A stretch of 64,000 nt of DNA from Pocillopora damicornis (Eukaryota). Made by a program: the position numbers and the translations under genes. The first letter of the stretch is position 1, and each line of letters begins with the position of its first letter. The DNA lies in assembly GCF_003704095.1 (NCBI RefSeq), contig NW_020844827.1, positions 496,001 through 560,000 on the forward strand, written 5' to 3'. Below are positions 13,501 through 26,800 of the stretch, in pieces. The notes under the pieces are model-generated. The model saw only the letters and a list, made by a program, of their open reading frames with translations, had not been told where the DNA came from and did not search any database.

Positions 13501-15931
13501 CACCCAATCAATCAAGCAATCAAACAAACAATCGATCATCGATCAATCAAACAAATGAACAACCAATCCATTAATCAATCAATTACTAATTTGTCAATGT
13601 ACAGCTCAAATCAGGGCAACAATATTTACTACACATGTATGAGGATCAGATGACGATTACTCGTGCCTGAAGGAATTACTTATATCTTAGAGATCAATGA
13701 GTTACAGACCTTTGGCGTCTTGAAACACAACCACAGCTCGACCACTTTTAGGAACATAGTCAACCTTCTCCACAGGACCCCCACCGTTTCGAGGGCTCTC
13801 AAAGTACAGTTCAATAAAATCATGCGAAATGTCTGAAAAGCCTGTGACAAGGATGCTTTTGCAAAGCGGGACTTGTTGAATGGAAACCTTTGCATCATCT
13901 AGACCTCTCTCCTCGCATTTAGTCTTTATTTCTGTGAAATCTAAAGAAAACAGATTACATTCTCAATAAATGTTTCTCTTATGTGATCTCCACTTTTGGA
14001 GTCTACCTGAGAGGAACAACACTCATTTAAATACATGTACAATTCCCAAATAAATTGATTACTTTGATCTGGATTATTTTGATAGTTAGGAGAAGAAACT
14101 CAAAATGTCTTTAAATGGTGGGACACCTAAAATAAGGCATCTTAATTCTTCAGGCACTAGTTAAGCATAAAACAGTTTTAATTAATGAAAAGCTAATTTC
14201 ATATAATTTGAAGTAAGTTCATTGTTTAAACTGAGAGGATGAAACTGAGCCGGCGTGAGCTTTCATCTCCGATAACTCGCGAACGGATCAACGAAGTACG
14301 ATAAAGAAATTCCTGCTAACTCTCCAAATTCAATTGAAAGGTACGTACCTTTGATTTTCTCAGCCATGGTGACCAAGGCTTTTCCATTCTTCAGCATCTG
14401 TACGTCCTTCACCTCTTTTCCGCCACTCCTTGCCTCGATAAAGTTCACCAGTCCGTCCGGGAAAGTTTTCTCACTCAGCCCTCGAATGAGTATTTTATTT
14501 CTTTCAAATTGAGACTGATCAGCAGGCCCCTCTTCCACCACACTGGACATGCGCTGTGCTGATGTTGTGAGGAGGAAAACCAACGATTTAAGTAGGGTTA
14601 GATAAATTATGCCAGTGTAATTTGGGCATGATGCCACAGTTACAGAGCATCGAACATAATGCCGGTATAATGAATAAAACTTATTGAAAAATCTCTTGAT
14701 GCTACACTTCAACAAGAGATTAACTCTTTAGCCTGAGTTAAGTCAACAATGATCCTGCTTTTTTTGTTTGAACTTTAGGAATTTGATCCAGAGATATGTT
14801 TTGATCTAAACGAAGCTTTTTACTCTCAGCAAGCTTTATCTGTTGGTGATAGGATTGGAGGAGGAGACTGAGGGGCTCGTAAAACCTAAGCTATTATTAC
14901 GAATTATCGTTTGTAATGATGACGCCCAAAAGTATACTGCTCAAATTTTTTAGTATAATTTATTTGATTTAAGTAAAGAGCACAACCACTCGTGGTCATT
15001 TCATTCCGAGATCAAGAGATTGAAGATATCTTGATATGCCTGAATAGAGAAGACGGTAACTCCAAGCGTCTACTTCGTTTTATATTTAGGGAGCTTTTTT
15101 GTAAGGCATACGGTGCATTTGATATTATTTTTTCTTGATTATTTTAAATTTTTCTGTCTAGGGAAAATGACTTTTTCTGCTGATTAAAGCAAGCTTGGAC
15201 AGCAATATTTATTTTATGGTGAAAATGCCGAAGTGATAGTGGGTGAAGGTAATTACAGGATAATAATTATTGGACTTCCGGTTTAAGTCGAGCAAATAAC
15301 ATGGGGAATGTCCCTCCGATGAGCAAAGGGAAAAAATGTTTTTCGGCGCAGACCCAAAGGATAATGATTTATCAACCAGTAACTTTGAGGATTCTCTCAT
15401 CTTGAGAAACATAATTCCTTAATTGTGAAGTTTTTCGATGCCCTGTTTCCCTAAAGTGTGCTTGCATCAGAAATTTACTGGTACAAACAATTGCTTCCAC
15501 ATGCTTCGGCCCTTCGAGATTGTTGTGCTTAATATTTTGCAAATTTCTCAAATCATACACATTGAAGCAACGAGCAACAATTGCACCTTTCACGTTGTTT
15601 CTTGAACTAAAATTATCATAAAACTTCGAGAAATTTGCGAAGTCATGAACTCAAGCCCCAGTGCAGTGTTGCTCAAATACAATCTCTATCATATGCAAGC
15701 TAAATATGTCTCGATCGGTCGCTTTGACGCAAGATTCTACTAGATTACACTCTAAATCCATTTATCAGTAATCTTATACCTAAAACAAGAAGTACAAAAT
15801 TTTCTGTCGAACAATCACGAGTGCAAACGCTCGTATAAGTACACAAAAATATCATCGGTTTGGTTTCGATTTGCATTCATTGCAAATTGCAATGGAGGAT
15901 CCTTACCGTAATGTGAGTCTTTGTCAGCCAT
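10562..15931 (-). CDS. PARP14-like: Gene A1 5' part: PARP14-like (start exon, RRM, RRM, KH, macro-1); 3' part lost in gap
   Basis: Exons 15931-15907 (MADKDSHY, donor G|GTAAGG), 14558-14349, 13940-13710, 13367-12055, 11833-11660, 10826-gap; phases consistent; homologous to gene B exon by exon. Confidence 0.85.
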
Positions 15932-16444
15932 TATTGGTGCGAGCTTGAAACTTGTCCTTGGTGACTTGCAGAATTAGCGAATGCTGAAATAGAATAAAAT
16001 GATCATTGTAACCGCTTACTCAAAGACTACAGTGCAAATGAAAACGGTAGAAAGTAAGAGTATGTCGCAATTTCAATCGCAAATATTTTAAGTTTGTAAT
16101 GAATCACAGAAGGCAGCTTCATCTCTAAAGCTGTAGAAGATTTGTCTTTTTATCAAGTAGTTAACAATAGCAGTCGTATATCACTTTTGAGGCGCTTAGG
16201 GAGAATTATTTGCTCGTATTTTCTAGTACAAAGCCAGACATTGTTCCGCTCGCGAGGACTTGTGTTACCTGATACATCCCTGAAAATTCTGAGAAATTAT
16301 CGATGCGTTCGATAACGGATTACACCAGGATAATGCACAAGGAATCCAGAAAACTCACCGTCAATCTTTACCGTTTTTCAAGCGAGGATTCCTCTTCTTT
16401 TCCCGACAGAAACACTGTCATAAAATAACTCGTTCGAATGCACT

Positions 16445-16550
16445 GCACTTTTACTTTGTATGAAACCGTACTTCCGATTCGGCTTTCTTGAGAAGACCGT
16501 GAGGGGAAAAAGAGGCTGGGAGCAAGCCAAATTGGGAATTCCCTTTCCGG
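16445..16550 (-). promoter_or_regulatory. Putative promoter of A1 with an NF-kB-like site
   Basis: GGGAATTCCC at 16534-16543; the homologous position in the other copy is GTGACTTTCC (3286-3295); lies just upstream of a putative non-coding exon ending at 16359 (|GTGAGT). Confidence 0.4.
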
Positions 16551-17589
16551 GTGATACGTGTGAATCCAATTATTTCAGCAATGTTTTTAAGACATGGAGA
16601 ATGACAAAACAGCGTAATCAAATTTTACTTCTCTTATAAACGATGAAAAACCAAGAGAGGAATATTCTATTGTCGTTTACTATNNNNNNNNNNNNNNNNN
16701 NNNNNNNNNNNNNNNNNNNNNNNNNNNNNNNNNNNNNNNNNNNNNNNNNNNNNNNNNNNNNNNNNNNNNNNNNNNNNNNNNNNAGTTGAATAACTTGTTT
16801 TAAGTTAAAAATGTTTAAAAGTTACATTTGGAATCTTGAGAAATTTGCAAAAAAATTAAGCACAACAATATTGAATATATTTTTCTGGGTGCAGTGATAG
16901 TAAAGGTTAATTTCTATTTTTATTTTCATGATCAAACGTCGATTACAATTCTAGACCGGAAACACTTAAAGGTTTTTTTCTCCGTTCCAAAAATAGCGTT
17001 TGCCTACCTTGGGCAGTACAAGAAAAAGAGTTTCATTAATTCAGAGTCAAAACTGCACTCGTAAATACGCGACACACAACTATTAATTTTGAAAAGATAT
17101 TCTCTTAGACAAGAAAACCCAAGTCTGAGGCGAGTGTGATCAACAGATGCACGCCTCGACAAAGAACAAACACATAACCTATTGTAGGTATGCGGAAAGG
17201 GAATCCACCGGGTTTTTGCTTTAAAATTGGGAAGAGATACAGAATTTCGGACATCTAGGTCCAGAGAATTCCAGCCAGTGATTGCTGATGGAAAAAAAGA
17301 CTTTTGAAACGTAGAAGTTCTTCAACGAAGTTGAGAGAAGTTATCTCTTGATCTGAGACGAAAATGCGTACGTTCACTCGATAGTTTGGGCAAGAGTTCC
17401 GTTAAATAATGTGGAGCAAGATTCTTGACTATTTTGTAAATTGGCTTAATTTATGTGATAATGTAAACCTCTTTAAAGTAATAAATATAAACAGTCTTCC
17501 CTTAAAAATATTCGGTGTGTAGCCAGGCATATTCAAAATTTTGGTAAAAAGAATCAAAAACGTTGACACTCGCTAAAAAATATTAATAT

Positions 17590-18360
17590 ATTGTTCTGGA
17601 CGTTTCGGCTACTAGCGTTGCCTTCTTCAGCAACGATAAAAATGCAAATGTATAACGGCGTCCTGCTTGGTATATGTCCACGATGTGTGATAAAACTAAA
17701 TCTCGAAGGAATTTTTTTTTGCAAGTGAAACAATAGTCTCTGGAGTATTTTTAATGGCTCTAAAAATTCTTAATGTTATTGTGTATGTTTGGTAGCGTTA
17801 CGTGTTCGTTTATACTGTTTCTATCTCGCATGGAATCCCAAGCTTCAAGAAGTAGTCTTTGTCGCCACGCCGATGACCTGTCAACAATTTCAACACTCAC
17901 CAAATCTATTTGGTGACTGTGAAGTATATGATGTTTGGCCGACAAAGAGTTTTCATCCAATGTTGCGCGTGATCTCTGACCAACGCAAACATAATCACAA
18001 TCTTTACATTTGACCTTGTACCCGATTCCTCCGGAAGCCTCTTTCTCGATCTTGTCTTTTGGCTTTTTAAGTATGTTCGAGATGGAGCAGATAGGCTTAT
18101 GAGCGACCTTGATGTTGAAACTTCTAAGAACTTTTGTGACTCTCTCGGAAAATCCTTTGGCACACTGCAGGATAACCAAGCCACGCTGGTCGGTATCATT
18201 AATTTCTTGTTGTCTATTAGGTTGGTGGCCAAAGCGAATGATGTTTGCTTGTTTGTTCTTCGAAGTTTCAACATATCAAGGATATCAGTTTTCTTACCAT
18301 GGCGTCCAACTCTGCACACAAAGGCACACACAAAATCCAACTTCTCACGTACTCCCGCAA
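17590..18360 (-). mobile_element. Penelope-like GIY-YIG fragment (paralog of 490-1080)
   Basis: ORF 17760-18179: GIGYKVKCKDCDYVCVGQ..RLLLEAW. Confidence 0.8.
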
Positions 18361-18784
18361 TGTTGAAAGAGCCGTTGAAGTTAAACTCTCTTTAAAAAGT
18401 AAACCGTGGTAGAATTCAGTCTCAATGCTATTTCAATTAACCCTTTCATGAACGACAACGAATAAATGCAATATCAACTGGTTAAAGAGAGGAAGAACTT
18501 ACCGAAAAGTTACGGGTTGGCTCTGCTTTACGGCAAGCCGAAGTGAAGCCTCTTCAACACAGCGACTACAAAATGTGATGGTTTCGTGCCAATCTTTACA
18601 TTCGATAACGTCATGCCCCTCAACAGATCGCTGTTCCATTTGCAGTTTGTATTTTGGCAGTTTCGGCGAGATAGCCTTCACATCACGCCATATGCAAGCT
18701 CGACGATTCGCCACAACGTCGAAATATTTCATATAACGCTAAGCAATTTATTGCTCAGCTAGAGCGTCTAATGTTCTGCAAAGC

Positions 18785-19160
18785 TATGTTGGACGAAAAG
18801 CTACACCATTTCTGTGTACGCTGTACTAGTCGACCTTACGCTGAGCCATTTCACGCAACACGACACCGTTTGTATGTACGTTGTACCGTTCTACTTTACC
18901 CTGAGCCATTTCACGTAACGTTACACCATTTGTGCTTACGCTGTGCTACTCGACATCACCGTGAGCCATTTCACACAACGCTACACCGTTTTTTTGTGCG
19001 CTGTGCTATTCGACATTGCGCTAAGCCTTTTCACGCATTGCTGCACCGTATGTGTGTGCACTGTACCATTCGACATTAAGCTGAGCTATTTGACGCAACG
19101 CTACACCGTTTGTGTACTGTATTGCAAATGGGTGCTAAGCCATTCGCAATTGAGCTATTC
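18785..19160. repeat. ~60-bp minisatellite, 5-6 copies
   Basis: ctgagccatttcacgcaacgctacaccgtt... recurs at 18841, 18901, 18961, 19021, 19081. Confidence 0.85.
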
Positions 19161-20801
19161 CACATTACAATTTCATGTTCCAACTCGATATAGGCAACTA
19201 GACCGTTTATCGTTTGGCCAAATTGTTCATGTTTAGGGTGTTCTGTTTCATGAAGGAAAACTAAACCGTTTATAATTTGGCCATGCAATTCCTTTCTTAG
19301 CTATGCTATCCTGCAGCTGATCCTTAGACCAGCTTTGTATTTGCTGATCTATTTTACATCCTTGTATTTTTGGCGGTGACGGCCGCCCATATTTGCACTA
19401 ATAAATTTCTGATTCAAGCACACTTATGGGAAACAAGGCATTGAAAAACTTCACAATTAAGGAATTACGTTTCTTGAGATCATAGAATCCTCAAAGTTAC
19501 TGGTTGATAAATCATAATCCTTTGGGTCTGCGACGAAAAACATTTATTTCCTTTGCTCATCGGAGGGACATCCCCCATGTTATTTGCTCGACTTAAACCG
19601 GAAGTATTATAACACGAGTGTAATTGTTTTCATCCTCTATCAATCAACATTTTCAGACAGTCTGTAACACAAAAAAAATCGATATCAACACCAGGAAATA
19701 AATATTTCTGTCTGAGCTTGCTTTAATCAGCTGAAAACAGCAAAAATTATTTCCTGCGACAGAAAAATGTAAAATAATCAGGAAAAAATGATATTGAAGT
19801 AGACGCTTGGAGTTGCTGTTTTCAGCATTCCGGCATATCAAGATACCTTCAATCTATTCATCTCGGAATGAAATGCCCACGAGTGGTTGTGCTCTTTACT
19901 TTAATCCAGGGTCAGATAAATTATGCCAAAAATATTGAGCATTATGCTTTTGAGCGTCACCCTTGAAAGCAACATGACATCAAGCTTAATTGTTTCCATC
20001 ATGCTTAATTCCATAATTAGTAACAATAACTTAGCTTTTAAGAGCTCTTCAACCTTCCCTGAGAGTTAAAGGCTTAATTAGTTCAGATCACAACAATTTT
20101 CTAGATCAAATTCCTAAATTTTAAGCAAGAAAAGCCGGATCATTGTTGACTTTACCCAGGCGATAGAATTCATCTCTTGTTAAACTGTAAAGTCAAGGGA
20201 ATTGTAAATAAGGTAATTTAGTGTTAACAACTGGGTTGAAAACGTAAATTAGCCACCATAAAGGGTAAAAAAGCTGACGTTTCGAGCGTTAGCCCTTTGT
20301 CAGAGCGATTGGCTCCCGTTGATTTTCCTCCTCACAACCTCTTTTCGTCTCTCTAATTTCAAGACTGTTAACTATTACATGTTTAAAGAGGCATTCCGAT
20401 AGAAAGTCAGCGGGGGACCCTCACTGTAGGGAGATCGTGTACGGTACTGGCGAAAAACACCCACATAGTAGGGAGAAATTTCCAGTGGGGAGGGGGGAGA
20501 AGGAGGGGGGGGGAGAAAATCCTGTATCATCACCTTCACTGAATTTGGGGTGCTTGTAAATAACCTGTATTTCTCTTTTTGTGTTAGTTGACTTTGAGAG
20601 GTACAACATGTATCTCAAGGCCACCATTGATAAATACTGACTGGTCCCTCACTTTTTCATTCACAGNNNNNNNNNNNNNNNNNNNNNNNNNNNNNNNNNN
20701 NNNNNNNNNNNNNNNNNNNNNNNNNNNNNNNNNNNNNNNNNNNNNNNNNNNNNNNNNNNNNNNNNNNNNNNNNNNNNNNNNNNNNNNNNNNNNNNNNNNN
20801 N

Positions 20802-23800
20802 AAGCTGATCAAGATGGAATTAGACGAGCACACAGCACGTCCAGTGTGGTGGAAAAGGGGCCTACTGATCAGTCTCAATTTGAAAGAAATAAAATACTCA
20901 TTCGAGGGCTGAGTGAGAAAACTTGCGCGGACGGACTGGTGAACTTTATCGAGGTAAGGTGTGCTGGGAAAGAGGTTAAGGACGTACAGATGCTGAAGAA
21001 TGGAAAAGCCTTGGTCACCATGGCTGATGAAATCAAAGGTACGTACCATTCAATTGAATTTGGAGAGTAAGCAGGAATTTCTCTATCGTACTTCATTGAT
21101 CTGTTCTCGATTTATCAGGGATGAAACCTCACGCCGGCTCAGTTTCATCTTCTTAGTTTTAAGCAATGAACTTACCTTCAAATTATACGAAATTAACTTT
21201 TCATCGATTGCAATTGTTGTATGCTCAGTTAGCACCTGAAGAATAAAGATGCCTTATTTAAGGTGTCTCACCATTTTTAAGACATTTCGACTTTCTTCTC
21301 CAAACTATCAAAATAACCCAGATCAAAGTAATCAATTAATTTGGTTACTGTAGATGTAATTCAATGGGTGTTTTTTCTTTCTGGAAGACTCCAAAAGTGG
21401 AGATCACACAAGACAACCATTTGTTGAGAATGTAATCTGTTTTCTTTAGATTTCAGGGAAATAAAGACTAAATGCGAGTTGAGAGGTCTGGATGATGCAA
21501 AGATTTCCATTGAACAAGTCCCGGTTTGCAAAAGTATCCTTGTCACTGGCTTTGCAGACGTTACCCATGATTTCATTGAATTGTACTTTGAGAGTCGTCG
21601 AAACGATGGGGGTCCTGTGAAGAAGGTTGACTATGTTCCTAAAAGTGGTCGAGCTGTGGTTGTGTTTCAAGACACAAAAGGTTTGTGACTCATTGAACTC
21701 TAAGATATAAGTATAGCGTAATTCCTTCAGAGACGAAAAATCGACTTCTGATCCTCATACATACGTAGCAAATATTAGTTTTCACGATTTAAGACTTGAG
21801 CAGGACATTAGCCTTAGAGAAGGGCAAATTAGTGATCGTTGATTGATCGATTGTTTAATTGATTGACCTAATATGCCCCAACAACCCCATCGTCCTAAGT
21901 CTGGGCGTCTCTCAAGTAAAACAGTCATGAAGTGTTGTGAAACGACAAATAACTTCCTCAAGGAAATTCCTGACACTTAGTTGCTTTAATCAACAGACAT
22001 GGAAAGGGTGTTAACCAGACATGAAGAGAAACCTTATGAGATTAAACAAACCCAGCTGTCAATTAGAGCTTACCGAGAGTTTTTAGAAGACGAAGACATT
22101 GATGGAGCCGAGAATCCCGATGACTTTGGAGCTATTGCAACCGCGGCCAGTGAATCTCGAGTGATCCAGAAACCCTCTGCCAAAGCACAACAGCTGCACA
22201 TGTCTGTAGATCCCGATGTTATGGAATACGTCACATCCACACGATTCCAAGCTGAGCTGGACGATTCGCTGGCTGGAAAGAGGAGCGAAATCACCTGGAA
22301 ACCCAACAAAAAAATAGCTGTAATAGTGTACCGTGGGGAAGATGACAGTCATTCCTGGCAACCTGAGTGCATTGAACAAGTACAAAATTACCTCGGCAAG
22401 TTTGCGAAGTGCGATGTGCAGGTCAACAAGGATTTCTGGGAAGCCGTGGTAGCAAAAGTTCCCAGCATTCGCACCTGCTTGGGAGTTGATCCCCCGCTGG
22501 TCAAGATTGTTCCTGATTCAAATGTTGCTAGGATCGTTTCATTAAGAACAGCTCTGAAAAGTAACGAGGAAAAGGTAAAGTCAAAGTTGGAAGAAATATA
22601 CGAGGAGACCAGAAAAACTTACCTAGAGAGGAAAATTCCAAATGTTCCCGAGGAGCGCTTAATTTTGCTGAAGAAGATAAAATTTGCCGAGAAACTCCAA
22701 GAAAAGAATAAGGAGTTGAAGATCAAAATTAATACTGAAGATGAAGAAATATATTTCGAAGGTCCCCAGCCACAGCTTATTGAGGCAACCATGAAGTTCG
22801 AGAAACAAATGGCAAATGTGGTTGAGAAGAAACTGACTTTACCCAACAGCATCCTAGAGATTTTAGTCTCAGATGAAGGGCTTCAGACTGTCAAATGTGA
22901 GTTGGAAAGAAACAACGTGGAAGCAGTGTTGGTTATTGAGAAAGACACCACCATAGTGGGATCATCAGCAGCGAATGCAGACAACGCGGTCAGGCTCGTG
23001 AACAAGTTGATGGTGGAAGAGAAAATTCAAGTGGACGAGAAAAGCAAGCATTTTTTGAAGTCATCTGAATGGCTAAAGTTGTGTGACGAGATGAACCAAA
23101 CGACTGTCCGTGTCCTTAGGAACAACTGGAACGATATACACGTAGTTGGGTTTCGTGATGACGTGACGGAAGTGATAAAGAAGTTAAATACCTTTCTTGA
23201 AAACAATTGCATCAGGGAGGAACGTTTTTGGTGCAGGTCTGATATCATGCGAAGATATCTTCTCGAGCTACGTCAAGAAGATCTACACACCATAGAAAAT
23301 CAACTAAAAGACTTTGTGGTGAGCATTAAAAAGGGTGATGACGATGATGATTTTATCATTTCTGGCAACATAGAGGGTTTGGATCGTGTAGGAAAGAAGC
23401 TCGACGCTCTGATCGATTCCACTGAGTTGAAAACCTTTGAAGTGAAACAGCCAGGCCTTCGAAAATACTTTGAAAGAGGAAAAGGAGATCAGCTGGTGAA
23501 ATTGGTGGAAAAAGATCAAGATTGTGCTATAAAAGTCCAGAAAAATTTAGGTCGAGGAGGAAGGGACGAGGAGTTGCGCGTGGAATCCGTTTCCGACGCT
23601 TCTACTTCTTCAGGCGACAGTGACGATGATGTCGGGGGTGACCACGCTACCACTACTGGAACTGACTCGTCTACCCTGGTAATAGCCCAAAGGCACAGAG
23701 TGTCGTGGAAACCTGGAAATATAGGGGCAGAGAAGGTAGGATTGAAACTATTGTTTTTAAAACCAGGGTAATATCTCATGAAATACCTTAAAAGATCTTG

Positions 23801-26800
23801 TTTGCGTATTCATGGTTATAGTTCTTAACTTAGCTTTCATGAGCTCATAGAGTGTGGTTACATCATTTAACGTCTCCTGTATTGAGATAGCCACGTCTGA
23901 CTACGACAACAGTTCACCATATTGAAGAAGTTAATAAAATCATTAACATTATCTTTTGGTTGTGTATTTCAGGCTGACCTACTTGTCAGTTGTCTAGGAG
24001 CATGCGATAAAGCAATCATTAATGCCGGTGGTCCTCAGGCCGCAACCCCCAAAGTTGGTGACATCACTATCTCAGGCGGTTTTTCCTCGGTCAGTCACGT
24101 GATTCACAGTCACTGTTGTACGTGGAACAACGGTGGAGGGGAGCCGGTAAGAAACAGTGAATTGTACGTACATAATTAAGTATTAGTTCACTTTTGAGGG
24201 AGAGGACCTCTCTAAAATACATCACGAGTATTTATTGTTTAGATTTGCTGAAAGCCTAAGCGATGTCGGATGCCCAGCCTATCCATTCTCTTGTAGGTAA
24301 AATTAACTGAATACTATTCAGGCTCGTTTTGATGTTATTTCCGATGTAGTGTACCTTTAAACATTCTGTCATGTTTATTAAGAAAGCCTCACTCCTCACC
24401 GAATACATCGAAAATGATCAATCGAATATTAAACGACGGGACTATTGCACAAAGTGACTTTCAATTTCAAATATCATCCTACTAGAAAAAAACAAATTGC
24501 GCAGTGAAATTTTCACCAATAAAAAAAAATTAATTAGGTCCATTCCAAAGGTAATTTCCGTGAGGTTATAATCCTACCATCCTCGATCTTGATCCCAAAA
24601 GAAAGTACTACTTGTATGAGCATCTTACATGGCGCCCTCTTAATATCCTGAGGAAAATGTTGGTAAAACTCAAGGTTGAGATAACTTTGTTCCCCGGAAA
24701 ACAGATTCCAGGAAGTTTAAAAATAGCTTGAAAGGGATTCAGTTTTTCATCCTTTTCAGTTTAAGGAGTGACCAGTAAGTTTTTTCTCCTCTCATTATTA
24801 GTGCATTGTCAACCAGAAAGGTGACGGGAAGAAGGAAAAAATACCAATGAGATATTGCATGACTTGACGACAAATTTGACCTCCAAATTCATAAGAAATG
24901 TACAGAAGACGTAGAATTCCTATTGAGATCACATAGGAATGAAGGGATTTACTAGATCCCCTCTTGCCACCAGATTGTCCGTCCGTGCCACTAACATTCG
25001 ACAACTTCTGTTTTATCGTTTGTAGACGCTAAGGGCCATCGTTCAAAAGTGTCTGCAAGCGGGTGAAACACTTAGAGCCAAGTCCATTGCATTTCCTGTC
25101 ATTGGGACTGGAAATCTACACTTCCCTCGCGACACAGCCTCGAGAATCATGTTGGAAGAAACAGTCAATTTCTGCCGAGCCAACCCTGGTTCTAATTTAC
25201 AGGACATCCGATTTGTCGTGTTTGACCAAGATCAAGCATTAACTGCCGCCTTCAAACAAGAGATGGAAAAACTGCAACCCAAGCAAATTGGCAACTCACA
25301 TTTGACAGTCCAGGTGGTAAATGGTGATTTGACTCAAGAGAACAGCACTGATGCTATTGTGAATATTCTGAGCACGGATATAAAGATGGATAACGCCGGA
25401 GACCTGAGCAAAGCCATAGCAAGACAGAGTGGTCCACTAGTGCAACAAGAATGCAACCAATTGGGAAAGCAGACTCCTGGAACAGCGATAGTGACCAGTG
25501 GAGGTAATTTACAAGTACCTTATATTATTCACATCATTCCAGGCTCCTCAGATAAGCAGCATCTCCAGCAATGTTTGGAGGAGGGTCTTCGTGTTGCAGA
25601 CGCCAATAACTTTCAAGCGATCTCAATTCCGTGTGTTGGCACTGTAGGATACGGCTTGACCACAGCGGACTCAGCCCAGCTGACGTTCAAAGCACTAAAC
25701 GCATTCAGTGCCCGTTGTAAAAACATTCAGAAAGTAAGAGTAGTTGTGTTCCAGGCCTCTATGATGCAGGAGTATCTACAAGAGCAGAAAAAACCAGTGC
25801 AAGATATTGAAGAAGACAGTGACTCAGAGAATGCAGCAGCTGGGAAAACCAGAAGACGCGGACGTAGGCAGGCACCAGGCCAAAGTGACGAACATTCTGT
25901 AAGAATTTCTGTGATTGGCAAAGACAAGGTGAGCGTGGAAAGAGCCGTGGACTCCTTGAAGAAAGGTTTTTCGGACGCTTGTCCAATGGAAAAAGTCGAA
26001 AGTGACGTCATCAGTCAGCTTTCCGATAAGCAGAAGAATATGCTGAGAAAGAAAGCTAAAGACCGTGACGTCAAACTTGAAATTGAGGATGACGTGGATC
26101 GCATTATCATTCGTGGTGGACCAACCGAGGTTGCTGGAATAGTCGGGGAGATCTGGAGAGAGATCAACAAAAGGATGAAGAAGAAACAGGAGGAAGAACA
26201 AGCGAAGTTGGTTTCAAAGAACGTAGAGTGGAGCTATGAAATACAAGGCACAAAAGTAGCGTTTTCCCCGAAAGCAAATGCCAAGATTGAGTTGGCCCAC
26301 AGCAAAGATGAGCACACAGTGCAAGTTTCTCTACGCGGAGACAAGTTTGTCATCGACTTGAAGAGAAACTCTGGACTTGGACAAACGTCTGGTGAACAAA
26401 TATCACTGACAAGAAAGGTGAAGGGTGCTGATGAAGGTTAGTTGCTATGCATTTCTTTTGATGAAGATGTTTCGATAAGCCTTGAGAAGGGACTAAAAGC
26501 TATTTTATTTCCCAGAGAATGTTTAAGGGAATAAATATACAGTACACGTAGGGGGTTATCAGAAAAGTTGCCCTCAAATGCCTCTCCTGAGTTTTTTTGT
26601 TGATCTTTTATCTGTGTCTTACCTGAAAAATGTACTTGGATGTTGAAATTTAATCTCAGTCGATGGGTTTTCACTTCAATATTCTAATCTTGTGGTCCTT
26701 TCTGTAGGAATTGCTCTGCCAAAACACTGGACACCAATGCCCGGCCACGACTCTACTGTACATAGAGTACTACTGCTCCCAGGCTCCCCTGAGTATCAAG

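Noticed and set aside
5062-15931. One long gene with duplicated exons 3-5
   Set aside because: A gap at 10462-10561 separates two paralogs with different intron content and macro type; two genes are more likely
18785-19160. CRISPR-like periodicity
   Set aside because: Whole 60-bp units are similar, with no unique spacers and no cas genes; eukaryotic context
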